Shown in pieces: positions 1 to 13,178 of a stretch of 64,000 bases of DNA. The notes beneath the pieces were generated by a model, which saw only the letters and a program-made list of their open reading frames with translations, was not told the origin of the DNA and searched no databases. The position numbers and the translations under genes are program-made. This stretch comes from Tubiluchus corallicola. Lineage: Eukaryota > Animalia > Priapulida. The stretch's first letter is position 1. Each line of letters opens with the position of its first letter. Location of the stretch: positions 248,001-312,000 of the forward strand of contig JAQGDQ010002377.1 of the NCBI GenBank assembly GCA_030141605.1, read 5' to 3'.

Positions 1-724
1 CTTTATAAATTATTCACTTACAATGTCAATGACAGCTTGGATTGTAACCAACACTGAACATACAAAAAACATCACAACTACGCAACGCGTCGGACATTTT
101 AGTTACATACGTAATTTTGACAAGAGGCAGCAGGTCTGCTTGCAGAAAAAGTGAAATTAGGTAAGGGGGTCATGCAACTCAACACGCCTTTATGGGTATT
201 TGTCGATAACCGCGAACAATCAAAACGCAGGCAGTTGTCATTCACAAAATCAATTCCTATATCAATAGGATCTGATCACAGCAAACTGTAATCTGCTAAA
301 TTTCGTGGATGAATAAAAAGTACAACGCATTAGTTAGGGCAGAATGTTCGTAACAGTTTGCAAGTTACGTGTATTGTTATTTAATGCAACAAATCAAGCA
401 CTCATTTAATCAATTAGTGAATAATCAATTCTAATCACTAACAGCTGTCATTCCTGGCTACCATAAATTTGTATATTTAAAAAACTGTATTCGCTTTCAC
501 AGATTTATAAGATTATTAGATCCACATAATTACATACATTTGAACAACAATGATACTGTATAATTAAATCAGAGCTTTAAAAAGCAAGTATGTAAGTGAG
601 GTACTTGAGAAGTAAACATACTTGTGTAAAGCATTGTGGATATGTGAAGAAAGGAAGAAAAAGTATGAAAAAACATTGAAAGCATAGGCAAGAAAGCAGA
701 TGAAGATAGATAGAGAGACACACA

Positions 725-781
725 GAGTTAAAAACAGTACTGTGAGTTAAAAACAGTACTGTGAGTTAAAAACAGTATTGT
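725..781. repeat. Tandem repeat, 3 x 19 bp (GAGTTAAAAACAGTACTGT)
   Basis: Three near-identical units read directly. Confidence 0.9.
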
Positions 782-2050
782 GAAACTCTACCTATTTACA
801 TTGTTTATGTATTTTGACATAGTATATTACTAATTCATTAGCATTTAAAAATTTATTCAATTTTTTTTTTGTATATTGTGCGAGTGTGTTATAATAAGGC
901 TAACGTTGCATACTTTTCTGCACTAGTTCACTAACGTGACTGTATTGTTTGTGCTAAACATATACGAATAAATGGTAAATAAAAACATGTATACACAATC
1001 AATGTGCTAACATCAGTTCAACAAAACATAAGATTCACATACAAGATCACTAGACATTAAAAAAATTGTGATCATGCAAGATAAACAAGCAACCGAATGC
1101 TTCAAAGTTTGAAAATGGTATTTTATTATGAAAAAACTTTAGCAAATTTTGAATTAAAAAAGTACCAAAAACTAATATATGTTAGTACATATACACATTT
1201 TAATATATCACATCCATTGCAGGGCTTATGAACTCAAGAATGGCATAGTTAAATATATATCCAACATGGTTTTGGAAATGTTAAAAAATGAACTCTGACA
1301 TATCATAATCTAGCACAAAACATTTTAACCTCTGCATTAAGCGGGGTTAAATATTTCTAGATTTTAGCTCGAGGGCAAAACCCAATTACCTGACAAAGGC
1401 ACACGTGCTTTGTGTACAACTTGTGTCACTTTCTCCTAAAGCTGAGCAAAAGTCTCATACTTATCAATTTTGTAATGTTCACGAATAAAATAATCAGAAT
1501 AATTTAAATTCTTCTTAAAAATGAAATTTCTGCTATTTTTGCAAGTAGAAAAAATATTGTTGTGTCAGGTGGTGCAAAAAAGTGCGAATTTTTGATTACA
1601 ATATTATCGTAAGAAAATAACATAGCACAGCATGTTTGCAGCACAACAAATGTGAAAAGCAATACGAAACTATGTATGTCTCGCGGTAATCACAAAAACA
1701 TACAAACGCACAGTTCTCATAAAGACATTTAGACTGAGGATAGCAAAGTGACCAAAGGCCACCAGTTTATTCTGCCTTGAGCACCAAACAGGCCGAAACA
1801 GCCCATGTTAAATACCAAAATTAATATACTGTGCATTCACTGCACTGTTAACATAAGCATTTTTTTAAACAAAAGCAAATTTATATAGCACATTTTAACA
1901 AAAGAGTGAAATAGTGATTATAAACACGTGATAAATATTCCGACTAAAATTATGCACCTTCAAAAATGGGGGAGATGAAATTGGTGAACGTGAAATTCAA
2001 TGTCCTTGTATGTGGCACAACTAAATACATGTGGACATATAAGACACTAA

Positions 2051-2440
2051 CAGTAGTATAGCTAATAGGGGAGTAAGGGGAACCACTGCTTCCCCAAGCA
2101 CATATTTCAAAATTGGAGCCTTTTGAAATTTTTTAACTATTTAGTTCTCTTGTGCGATAAAAGTTGAATCTTTTTTTTTACATGTAAAATCAAAGTAATT
2201 AAATAACACACATTTTAGTATATTTTGAGATTTATGAGCTTACTATAAAACTTTTCATTGTGTTTTAATTTTAAATATAACACAATAGTTATGTACTTTA
2301 GAACTACATTTTCCTCATGTTTTGATTTTAAATACAAACCAAAAATGTATAATTAATGCGTTAAAAAATGTTTGGTAAATGTGACGGTGCCTTTTTTATG
2401 TGCTTGCTACTTCTAATTCTATGACCTGGCTACGCTCTTG
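2051..2440. mobile_element. Degenerate hAT-like MITE; related partial copy at about 61060-61263
   Basis: Ends CAGTAGTATAGCTA ... TGGCTACGCTCTTG. The internal TTTGAGATTTAT.AGCTTACT..AAAAC...TTTTGATTTTAAA.ACAAA segment recurs at 61080-61200. Confidence 0.45.
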
Positions 2441-4230
2441 AACACTAGTATGTAGTCAAAATGTTTGGAAATCATTATAAAGCTCTTTTTAGATGACTGA
2501 TGTAATTTACACGGCTGCTGGGTACAAGACTTGGTGTGATCTAGGGCTGTTAAACGATAGAGTAGTGTAAAGCCCGGAAACAAAACAACTAAGTTCTGCA
2601 ACAACTAAGTTCTGATAAGCTTGTTTTACTTCTCCAAAATCCAAATTTTTGACACCTTCACTGAATATGGTGATTCCTGAGAAGTGGGTAGAACTAGTTC
2701 CTGATTTTTCATTCACAGTTTAACTATCCAGTTTCAGCGAGTCATACAATGAGCAAATACTTGCATATGAAAAAACGAAATTAGTTAGGGTACAGACCTT
2801 TACAATTTTCATAAATACTCACAAACTTGCAGCTACAGTTAACAACTTTATGCCACTTAATGACAATTTGCAATCTTAACACTTCTACAGTAAATGATGA
2901 ACAGCATGGCCAAGCATCTTAACAACGTACCAACATAAGGCATTAAACAAATGTTTGGTCATGGTGAACATTCATGTATAATGTTGGAACAGTTGACCTC
3001 AATCACTTATGCATACCTCTGATCTCATGTATTCATTTACCTGAGCATTGTCTCGACAACGACTAGGAAAGCAACGTGGATGGAAATTGATCACATTAAC
3101 TGCTACATGTGCGGCAAATAAACATATCAATTTAGTTAGGTGAATAACTTCCCTAAGTTCTAAAATCTTTGTTTTACAAATGTATAATGAGTTGCTACTA
3201 TATCTTAATTAAATACTGATAACTTGTGTATCTTTAAAGATGAGAGAAGGTGACAACACATCACATCATTATCAGCTTGAAAAACATCCAACTACTGTTG
3301 AATGTTATGTCATTCAAATAAAGTTCAGTTGGCTAGCTTATCGTTTTTGAACAGTTATTTACTGCCTTTATAAGCATCAAAAACACAAAAGTTAAAACTT
3401 GAAAGCTAACTAAATCCGTGCATGTGCATGTCCTAGACTTCAGCACAATTTATCAAAAAATACCTGTTATGGTAAACTTCATAGACTGGGAATATGGCCT
3501 TCAATTGCCAACAGTATGTTAACTGATTCTACATGTACATTCTCATTCTTACTTATACAGTGCTTTTCTATAGTGCTCAGATATAATCATCTGTCAGTAG
3601 CCTGTGTCACACCTCGTTACCAATCCTAACCTCACAGCCCATATTTTCCATGTATTCTGCCATACTTCACTTGGCTTTTCAACAACATTATTTCTAGGTT
3701 ATCTCATTCATCGGTGGGATGTGGTTATGTCTGTGAGTTCAGTAAACAATACCACATACGATCCTTTCATTTTTTACACACTTCACCACACTGCAAGTCA
3801 TAATCGCAAGCGCTCACTTACCAACACGTGTACTCAAGAAACAATGGTTGTGGTAGGACGAAAACCTAGCTCATTATCACAGGTAACTCTCTAAGACAAG
3901 CCATCATCAACAGTAGGGACATCCGAGTGATGACGTACATCTTCTATGAGGTATATCCAGCCACAACCAATAAGATGCATAAAACTTACACAAGTATTGA
4001 ACCCAGACAGTCAAGAAATATTCACAAGTGACCACTTGGCTATGCAGCTTGCCCCAAAATACAGTGCATTAGTTTGAATGCACAACAAGATGTAATCATC
4101 TACATGTATTAGATCAATTTTCCATATTTTTATACGCTTATTTCAGTGCAGAAAGCAAACAACAAAATCTCTTACCAATTTGCGCTGCCTGATTATCTTG
4201 GTGCAGAAAGCAAACAACAAAATCACTTAC

Positions 4231-7200
4231 CAATTTGCGCTGCCTGATTTTTTCTGTATGTTCATCGACTATAGTGTTCTGTTTAGCTGCCGCTATTTCA
4301 TCAGCTTCTATGTCGCTTATGTCACTCTGCTCTCTCTCGCCAATACTATTATCATTATCATCGCCATCATCATCATCAGTATCACTGTCTCCGTTGTCTG
4401 AGGCGCAAGTAGTAGCCATTGTGTTCTTAAGGTGTAATAAAGTCACTGCACTGGTGGTTTCCAAAAGTGGCGTTGTCTGTAAAAAACGACAATTGTATAT
4501 TACAATCACACAAAGGACCAGCTATATAATGTAAAAATGCCTGTGGAGACAATGTCACAAGCAAAATATAACTATCATATGTTTATGGTTTAATACATTT
4601 AGAGGCTTAATTGATATTTTTCTAAGCAGAGCTCAAGATGCGGACGGTACAGTTACAATTCTTACTGACCTAATGGCCAATAAGACTTGTCTGAAAAACA
4701 TAATAAAATTCCTAACAACATTTTTCTAACACATGGGTTTCTGCTGAAGCACTCGTGTGAACGATGGCACAAAATCTTTATCACAAGAGTGCAAACCACG
4801 TCCTCAAAGAAATGATAAAAAAATTGGACAATCATGGCATGCTAACAATTTTAGCTGAATGCCCACAACAAAAGTTGATAAGCAGGATACATTACAATTT
4901 TTTGCTGGGCAGCAAAAACTAACCAGCAGCACCGTCAGACGGCTGTGGTACTGGACTGATAGTATTAAAAGCATCGGATTAGATCTCCAGAAGACTATTG
5001 TAGATGTTACTATTTTAAAAGATTGTTTAACTAAAGTTTGAAATTAGCTCCCACAAACTAATACTTAAAAATTCAAGGAACCCAATTATGGCATGTGCCT
5101 ATGTGTGCACGAATAGGCATGAAATGCAAATCTTGGAACACTGAGCTATTACATACAGGATCAGTATTAAGTTCATTAAACCAAGAACATCTTTAAAAGT
5201 GAACTGATTAACAAATTAATAAATCAATGCAGCATTAATTATATCATAAGCAAACCGGAGCATTCTCTTGGCATATTCTGCATGGCTATTCTAAAGCAAT
5301 GACTGATTGAGAGTGCTTCAAATGAAGTATAACTTGACATAACTGCTTCATGTTTGTGACAGCACTCATAATGAAAGATGGAGAAGCTTTCGGTGGTTAG
5401 TAATAATAACCATGGTGGATAATACTTTTTCTTCACATCACATGCAACTGCTAAATCTCAGTAAGTGCGTAAAGTTATGATCACGATAAATATCTTGTAA
5501 GCCGTTCAAGCAACAATATGGTAACGAAAAGATAAATAAGGTTCTAAGCCTAATGTGTGCCTATAAAACCAATTCTGCATTAAGGCAAGTAGAAATCAGC
5601 ATTTAGCATGCTTTACGAGTTTTGCGGTTTAACTTCAGTCTCCATGGTGCTCCATCAGTGAAGATGTTAGCTAGCTGTTAGCTGCCCGAGTGACGCTTCA
5701 CTCCTTCATTTCTTTAATAAGAAAATGATTTTAAAACTAAATAAATTTTGTCACCATCTCATTATATTATCATCACTATCATCATCGTTATCATCAGCTA
5801 ATCCTTAACAGTCACCATTGATGATGATCATTTTACTCACACATGCAGATGGTGACGGTGTGTCAGTGCATTCAGGCGGAACATCATCTTCTTCGTCAGC
5901 CACCTCTTTTAAGTGTTGATTTGGATGACTAGTAGACGGTTTCTCTTTTCCAGGACTACCATGGTCCATCTCTTTACCTGTGCGTTCTAGGGCCAACCAC
6001 TGTTTAGTTCTAGCAGAACTACGAGTCTCACTGGAAAGATGAAAGCTTAGCTACTAGACATTCTACATCAAATCATTATCACCAAACAAACCAATTTTAT
6101 AACAGTAACAAACCAACCTTAGAAAGTTTTTTAGAATGTTGCCAATTAAACCGCTGACAAAAAATCTGTTTGTTTCACAAAGCACATGCACGCACACACG
6201 CACGCATGCATACACACACACACACACACACACATGCTCATACATGCATGCGCACACACATGATAAAACAATTGTCCGCACTTCAAAAAACATAAAAAGG
6301 GCCAGAAACTGACAGGACCAGGAAAAAGTGAGAAGAAATTTTCGAGATAATACCTAGCTCAGTTTTTGATCAGTTTGTCAGTCACAGTTATTAACCTTTT
6401 GTAGCACAATGGTTGAGACAGCGAGTGTCCAACATGCTCTTGAGAGCACCAACATAGCATTATATGATGCCATTTTAGCCAATTTCAAGGGTACTCTCAA
6501 TGAAACACTTAAGAAGTGTAGGCTATCTGAGATCTCCTCTTAGTTAGTAGATTCCTCAAAAAGCTCTCTCAACCTGCAGTCGAGCTGAGACAGATTCTAT
6601 CCCATTAAACAGAAAAGGCTTTTTCTTAAGAATGGTTGGGTTAAGAACTACTCACCGCCGGCATGCCTTTGCCCGGCGTGCTGCTGCAATCTGTGCAAGC
6701 TTTGAGCAGATGAGACGGTGCCGGTTGAGATTGACAATGTTCTCTCCGATGCCTGGAATATCTGAAAGATCCTTCACGCTGACGAAACCACCTCGTATCT
6801 ATACAAAATAATGCAATTATTAAACATTAGTTGAAAGCCATGAAAACTGGCCACTCTGTAACACATATTACATAATTATACATGTAGTTTGTATCGCACT
6901 GTTGTTGTGTGTGTACCTAGAAGCCACCATCCAGCGCTCAATGCAGGGGCCAGTTTTTATGTTAATAACTGTGGTGGGAGGAGAACCTTTATATATATAT
7001 ATATATAGGCAAGCAACAATGAAATAAATAATCAGAAGCAGTATGGCACATGAAAATTCCCAGAATTTATTTTCTTGACAGTTACCCATTCATTTGCTAA
7101 CCAAACCTAGCACTGTTCAACTTTGGTTACTAACCACATACCATGACCACTCAACTATTCAGTTCACTTTTTAACAGAACTAAGCAAAGCGAGATATACT

Positions 7201-10200
7201 GCAGTGAAATGTATCTCACAGCATAAATTATTTAAAAATAATAGATTGTAATCCGTTTCAAATCTCCTTTCCCACAAGGAAGAAGGAACTATATGACCTC
7301 TTCAGTGCTGAGTAATGACAGCATGTGAACTTACAAAAGAGGAAGTTACTTAGAACAGTTTCCTTACAAAATTAACCGTAACAGCACATAATAAATAAAC
7401 AACTAAATGAACACGAAGGAATGATTAGATGAGTAAGGAAATCAATAAAAACGAATGAATCAGTGAATAAATGCCTGTATGAAGAATGTATACAGGAAGA
7501 ACACACAAATGAATGAAATAATGATCAAAAGTAGATTAATAAGTTAAATAAAAAGTAAATGGCAAAAGGGAAAAGTAAAAGAAGAAATCTGCAAAGAATA
7601 AGTAAAATGTATTCAACAAACAATTTGCCATTTCAAGAATAAAGGTACGTTCACACAAATAAATGATCTCAAAAGAGACATTAAACTAATCTATTCTATG
7701 TTACGCAGCTTATGTACTGAACAACTGTAACAGCTTATGCACTGAATCAAGTTCTTTAGACTAAACCATGTATTAAATCTCCTGGCTTTATCTCCTCTGC
7801 CATAATAAATGGTCACTGCCGAACGAATGGACAGGTGTTCCCTTAATCAAAAAATACACTAAAATGAGCATTTAATCACTCCAGTACGAACCTGCAGCAT
7901 GACTAGCGTCACACATTTCTGCCTCTAGAAATCAAAAACTCCAAATAATCACAGCCATTTTGATGAGTGAGTATCACATTTCAGGGAATCTAACATATGT
8001 ATATTTATAAGAAATCTAGCTTTGCGCAACACTAGAGCTAACACCATAGACATTGTTACTGTACTTTCAGGGCTGGATTTTAAACAGTTTTCTTATAGGT
8101 CAGAGCTACTAGGGATAAAAATGAACTAATAGAAAGTACTCAGGGTACACTAGGCAACAACAAACTTATAAAAAACTAATAAAACTTCAGAATATCAAGC
8201 ACAGTACAGCCACACATCATAGAAAGTACTATAAGAATGTCTTCTGATAGTAATACTAGGTGTTCTGTGGTGCGTAACTGGTAGCACCCCGTACCTGGGG
8301 TTGTAGTGCAAGGCAGTGAAGGCACACAACGTTTCCCGGACACACACCAGCACACAAGACAGTCAGATGTGGGTCAATAGTGGTAGCACGAACGGGTGTG
8401 ATCACACAAAGCGGCTCGTCAATAACAAAGTGTCAATAGAATTAAAGCACACCATCAACCGTGAACTGTATCATTAATTAATCATGAACTCCGTTTTTAT
8501 TTTCCTAGGTATATAAGCAATTTCACTTGCAAGTCAGATTTATGATGTCATGTAAGCAAATATGTCTGATTAAAATCTAATAAATTTCCTGTATTTTTGC
8601 GACAACATACCGTTCATTAGATGACCATCATTTGAAGCTTCATTCATATTTGTGTAAAAAGTGCCACTTTACAAATCAAATGTGGAATTTTAAAAATATA
8701 GTGGAGTTCACGCTGAGGGTTTTCACGTACATGCTTCACGTGAATGGCTCTTGATTGCCTGGGTTCAATACTCACCCTGAGCTATTTTTATTTAAATTGA
8801 TTCTGGCTGTTTAACTCTACTAATTTAGCCATTTATCTTATATCAGATATCCCTAATAAAGAGCCCGTGTACATTCATGCCACAAACATTGCAATGAAGA
8901 GGCCTTGCCAATCAATGCTTGATATCAACTCGCAGTGTGCCAAAGCTATTAATATACATAAAATGACGAAATCATAGTTGGGAGGTACTGGATATGCAAA
9001 TGCAGATGTACATATTATATAATGATGTTAATTTTATAAATTTTGATGCCTATGCAACTACAATTAATTTAATTGAAAAGGTTGACTATTGAGTTCACTT
9101 AGGAATTACGTTTTGTAATTTATTAAGATTTCGCCATAGCAAAATCTTACTGTTTTTCATTGAGTGCAAATTTGATATTATTTATTCTCCGCCATTTTAA
9201 CGCTTAATAACTCGTAAGCCTTGCAAGCTAGGGTCGCCAAACACGCAGAGTTGGTAGCCCTGGGCAGGGGACGTACAAATGTATAGCAATCGCTGACCAG
9301 TGGTCAAGGGGGGAAGGACAGTGGCCGTTGGTCGGTTTTTCCTTTATGATTCAACTCCTCCTACGACTTTCGTCATTTTCCAAATTTTTTTCACAAGTAT
9401 TTGGGTACTGTGGGGCAGGTGTGCACCTGGGGTTTTAAAAAGCCGACAAGCTTTAAACGCCCGAGTGAGGGGCCAAAATGCAAAATTTGGGGACCGCCTA
9501 ATTTGTGACCTTTTACACGCTGAGTGCTAGGGACATAAAACTCACAGGGTGCTAGGGACTCTCTGGCCAAAGTTATATATGTATACACGTGACTCAAGTT
9601 GCCGAGTCAAAGGTCATGGAGCAGTCGGGTCTTCATTTATTTTTCTTTAAGATCCATCTGCTCCCACAGTTTGTGGGCTAGGGCGACAATATTTGGTGGT
9701 TAGGTGGGGCCAAGTTGTTGGATATGGCAAAATATGGGTGATTTGGAGGGGGACAATTTTCCGCTAGGAGGCAAAAACCAAAAAATGGGGGTCGGGAACT
9801 GACGTGCACTGAGTGTTGAGCAAAGGTACCTTGTAGCATATGAAATGAAAGGTCTCAATGAGGCAGATCGAATGGCATATGTTGCAACGAGAATAGCTAA
9901 TCCGCGACCCCGCTAGGGGGCAAAAACGGAAAAATTGGGGTCGGGAACAGAAATGCATTGAGTGTTTACGAATAGTACCATGTAGCATATCAAGGTCTTG
10001 ATGAGGCGAATTGAATGGTATAGGTTACAATGTGAGTCCACATAAAACAACTGAAGCTACTGAACTGATACAGCAGACGGTTTTGCTTTATACACGCCAT
10101 TTGACGGTTGTAGTACACTTAACCTTTGACCTACAGCAACTGTTCGTGCACACATCGAAACTGTAAAAATGCTTACTGGCACCATTCAGCTTTTATCTGC

Positions 10201-13178
10201 ACCAAAGTTTTTAAAATAACTGCAAAATCATACAACTGTAGCTGATAGGTATATTAGAAGTCACTGGTCCATTACACTTCGTTCAAAGGGCGTGTAAAAA
10301 AGGCAAAAGCAACCATTTTCTATAGATTATTTAACACTGTTTCGTCATTTAATAAATAGCTACAAGGATACGATGTAAACTGTTAATAAGTTGCTAAAAA
10401 GCCACATGTTAAATTTGTCTCCTCTTGTGAGCCAAAGCTTATATGTCATTATATGTTCAGTATCAATTGCAGAGTAATAAGATCATATTTACAAATGATT
10501 AGAGCAGTTAGCCAATGCAAAGACATCATTTACAGATAATATAAAAATAAGGTGAGCAGAATACAAAAGAAGGCTGCAAATTAGAAATTATACCCATTAT
10601 ATCAGAAAAAACAACTTTTTCTCACAGTATTAGAAATCTGTAACCATGTGCGAAAGCAAGACCACTAAGGCTCCTGGTTTCATACGTTCACTGGCCTCAT
10701 AAAAATTCTGGAAAATTTGGTTTTCTTAGCACTGACACCAAACACATGATAAACAAACAAAATTTAAGAACCATGACTAATATCTCAGGTTAATATCTCA
10801 GTAGCAATATGAGGTCAAAAATGCTAAAAAATACCAATGTTAAATTACTATAAAAATGCCTAATTAATGAGTGGTTATTTGGCATGAATGAACAGTTAGT
10901 ACCGCTGCACACCCTCTTCACCAATGTATCTGCCTGGGAAAGTTTTCTGCTGTATGAATGAAAACACTGATTTTGAGCGGAATAACAAACTATTTAAAAT
11001 ATACGTTTAAAATTAAAAATCAATCGATTTTAGAACAGCTGTTGTGCAAGACAAATAATTTTGAAACACACACTCAAATTTTAAAATATGTAAAACATGC
11101 ACATGTACAAAATATAAGAAAACATTGTAGATGTCCCATGATGTCTAAATCATAAATAAATAAGTGCAGACTATCCCTCAAGTTCAGCAGACAATGAACA
11201 TTATCACACAGATCAGCCTTATGCATTAATTATGTGAGCTACAGGACATCTCGAGGGGCAGCATTTGGAGCACTTCATTTCAGGAAATTTTTGGCCCTGT
11301 CATGAAGTCTTCAAACATCTTGAAGCAAAAAACTGAACAAGCCAAACGCATATGACATCGAACCTTAGACATTAGAAACCTACTAGCTGTACCTAACCCA
11401 TAAAAATCAAACTATGGGATACTTATGATGAAATCAATTAGGAATAGACACTGTTATAAAAATATTTAGCAAAGCTTAGATATATGAAGGGACTATGTTT
11501 GGATCAAGCCAAAGTTCAAAGACATGTATTTATAAGTAAGACAACATGAATTGAACAACCATCTTGCTGCAACATCACTAAATTTTAAATACTAATGCAG
11601 ATAGATAAATCACATTCATTGTTATGTTTAAGTACCACCATCATAAAAACCATCCATAAATTAGATTAGATTAGATTTACTGACTAAAAATTACAAAAAT
11701 AAAAGATAAAAACTTAACAAAGAGTAAATTAGTCAAACAAGAACAACACTCAAATTGACCGTGTAACAATTAAAATAACTTGAAATGATCAGGCACAAAA
11801 TTAATGACTAGCTCAGTGTCCTGGCGAGTGAAAATACTAACTTCCTAGTTCCTCACTAAAAACAGTCTTGTTTCTAACGTTTCATACATATCATACTATA
11901 TTTACATTAGTAAATATAAATAAAAATGAAAATGAAGGAATTAGTAAATAATAATAATCTGATATAAAAAAATATACTTATGATTTAGGTCAAATTAAAA
12001 CATTCCTTAATCAAAATAAAAAAATTGTACAATAAATGTTATTAAGCATTATAAAAATCAAATGCAGACTTCATTTTCATTGCGTTTACAAAATTAGCAA
12101 AAGCGTGATGAAACAGTTTTTGATGTTTGTCAAGGAGCTCAAACCTTACTTGATATCGTATATACAATAGTTTTTAATGTATCAGCCAAATGGTGTACGA
12201 GTTTTAAATATGAATGTAACTTAATGGTAATTTAATCTTTTTTCTATTCAGCTACAAAAAAAAGTGCAAGAATACACGAATAGTTCCAGAACTTCTGGGT
12301 ATTAATTTTGTCGAAACGTAGACAGTTATAGTTGCAGTAGACAAATCTTAGGTAGGCCACACAAAAGTTTATTCCTGTCTTAGCTTTATGAGGTCAAAAG
12401 ACATCAGTAGGAGACTTAAAAATATTCTTAAGCTTTGTGAATATTTAAAGCTGGATCATGAAACATTTAAAATCCGTTGAAATCAAAGTTTGTTTATTTC
12501 CCACCAGTTAGAAGTAAAGTTTTAAATTATTTTCAATGCACATTATTTCACACTTTGTTTTTTAGTTTTTTGTTTCACATTACTAAATTATCGTATAGTC
12601 TGTTTTTTGTAAGCATGAACGTATATTGATAATTATGGAATAAGCGGCAACACTACTCGGTCATTAATACACTAATTTGACAGAAAATACGGTATTTTTA
12701 GCCTCCAATATGATAATAAGCATCATACAAAACAGCAACGTTGACCAGAGTTTGTCGTCGAAAACATGGCTGCGTACACTCCGAAAGAGTGATGTCTTAA
12801 TAATCATTGCATTTTGTTTTAAATTAAAAAATACGCTTTTATATGACTACATCCGGTAAGTATATGAATGTACAAAATTTTTGTAATAAAATTCTGGTCA
12901 GGTGTGCAATAAACAAAATATTACCTGGGCGATTAGATAGAAAAAGATGTATTTTTGTTGTCAGTCTTAGATCCTTTTAGTTGCTTTTCATTTGTTTCTG
13001 AAGAGAAATAGAAGTGTAAGTATTTAAATAACAGTCATCTACTACTAATTACCTTTCTAGATTTGATTATTTGCTTTGCCTTTCTGGGTCCGACCCCAGT
13101 CAGACTTTGTAACTGTGTAAGATCAGCTGTATTTATATCAAGTTTCCACTTCCTGTTTCCACGTCTTCCTCTTTCCAT
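4231..13178 (-). CDS. ComEA-like helix-hairpin-helix (HHH_3-type) protein with acidic low-complexity tail; spliced, 3' end unresolved
   Basis: Phase-compatible GT-AG exons 13178-13053, 6798-6656, 6030-5841 and 4476-4231 join to MERGRRGNRKWKLDINTADLTQLQSLTGVGPRKAKQIIKSRK|IRGGFVSVKDLSDIPGIGENIVNLNRHRL..., matching the ComEA/EEPD1-type pattern (INTA..L..LPG.G...A..I...R...GGF..V.DL....GIG). An in-frame stop lies upstream of the ATG. An acceptor at 13199-13200 implies a 5'UTR exon further upstream. A possible last exon is 3943-3866. Confidence 0.7.
6186..6260. repeat. (CA)n-type compound microsatellite
   Basis: CACACA/CGCA/CATG runs. Confidence 0.9.
7050..7165 (-). mobile_element. SINE with tRNA-like A box followed by 5S rRNA-derived segment (degenerate)
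   Basis: Reverse complement reads TAGTTGAGTGGTC...GTGGTTAG..AAAGTTGAACAG..AGGTTTGGTTAGCAAATGAATGGGTAAC, similar to the copy at 23918-24040 and to the 5S internal control region. Confidence 0.5.
9121..10030. mobile_element. Non-autonomous Helentron/HINE-like element with internal 149-bp sub-repeats
   Basis: Terminal hairpin AAGATTTCGC-CATA-GCAAAATCTT (9125-9148) next to T-rich sequence, an abrupt rise in GC, and a duplicated module starting CCGCTAGG at 9761 and 9910. The family assignment is an inference from architecture. Confidence 0.5.

Noticed and set aside
4180-4534. Plus-strand ORFs 4180-4401 and 4235-4534
   Set aside because: Antisense shadows of the Asp-rich minus-strand exon.
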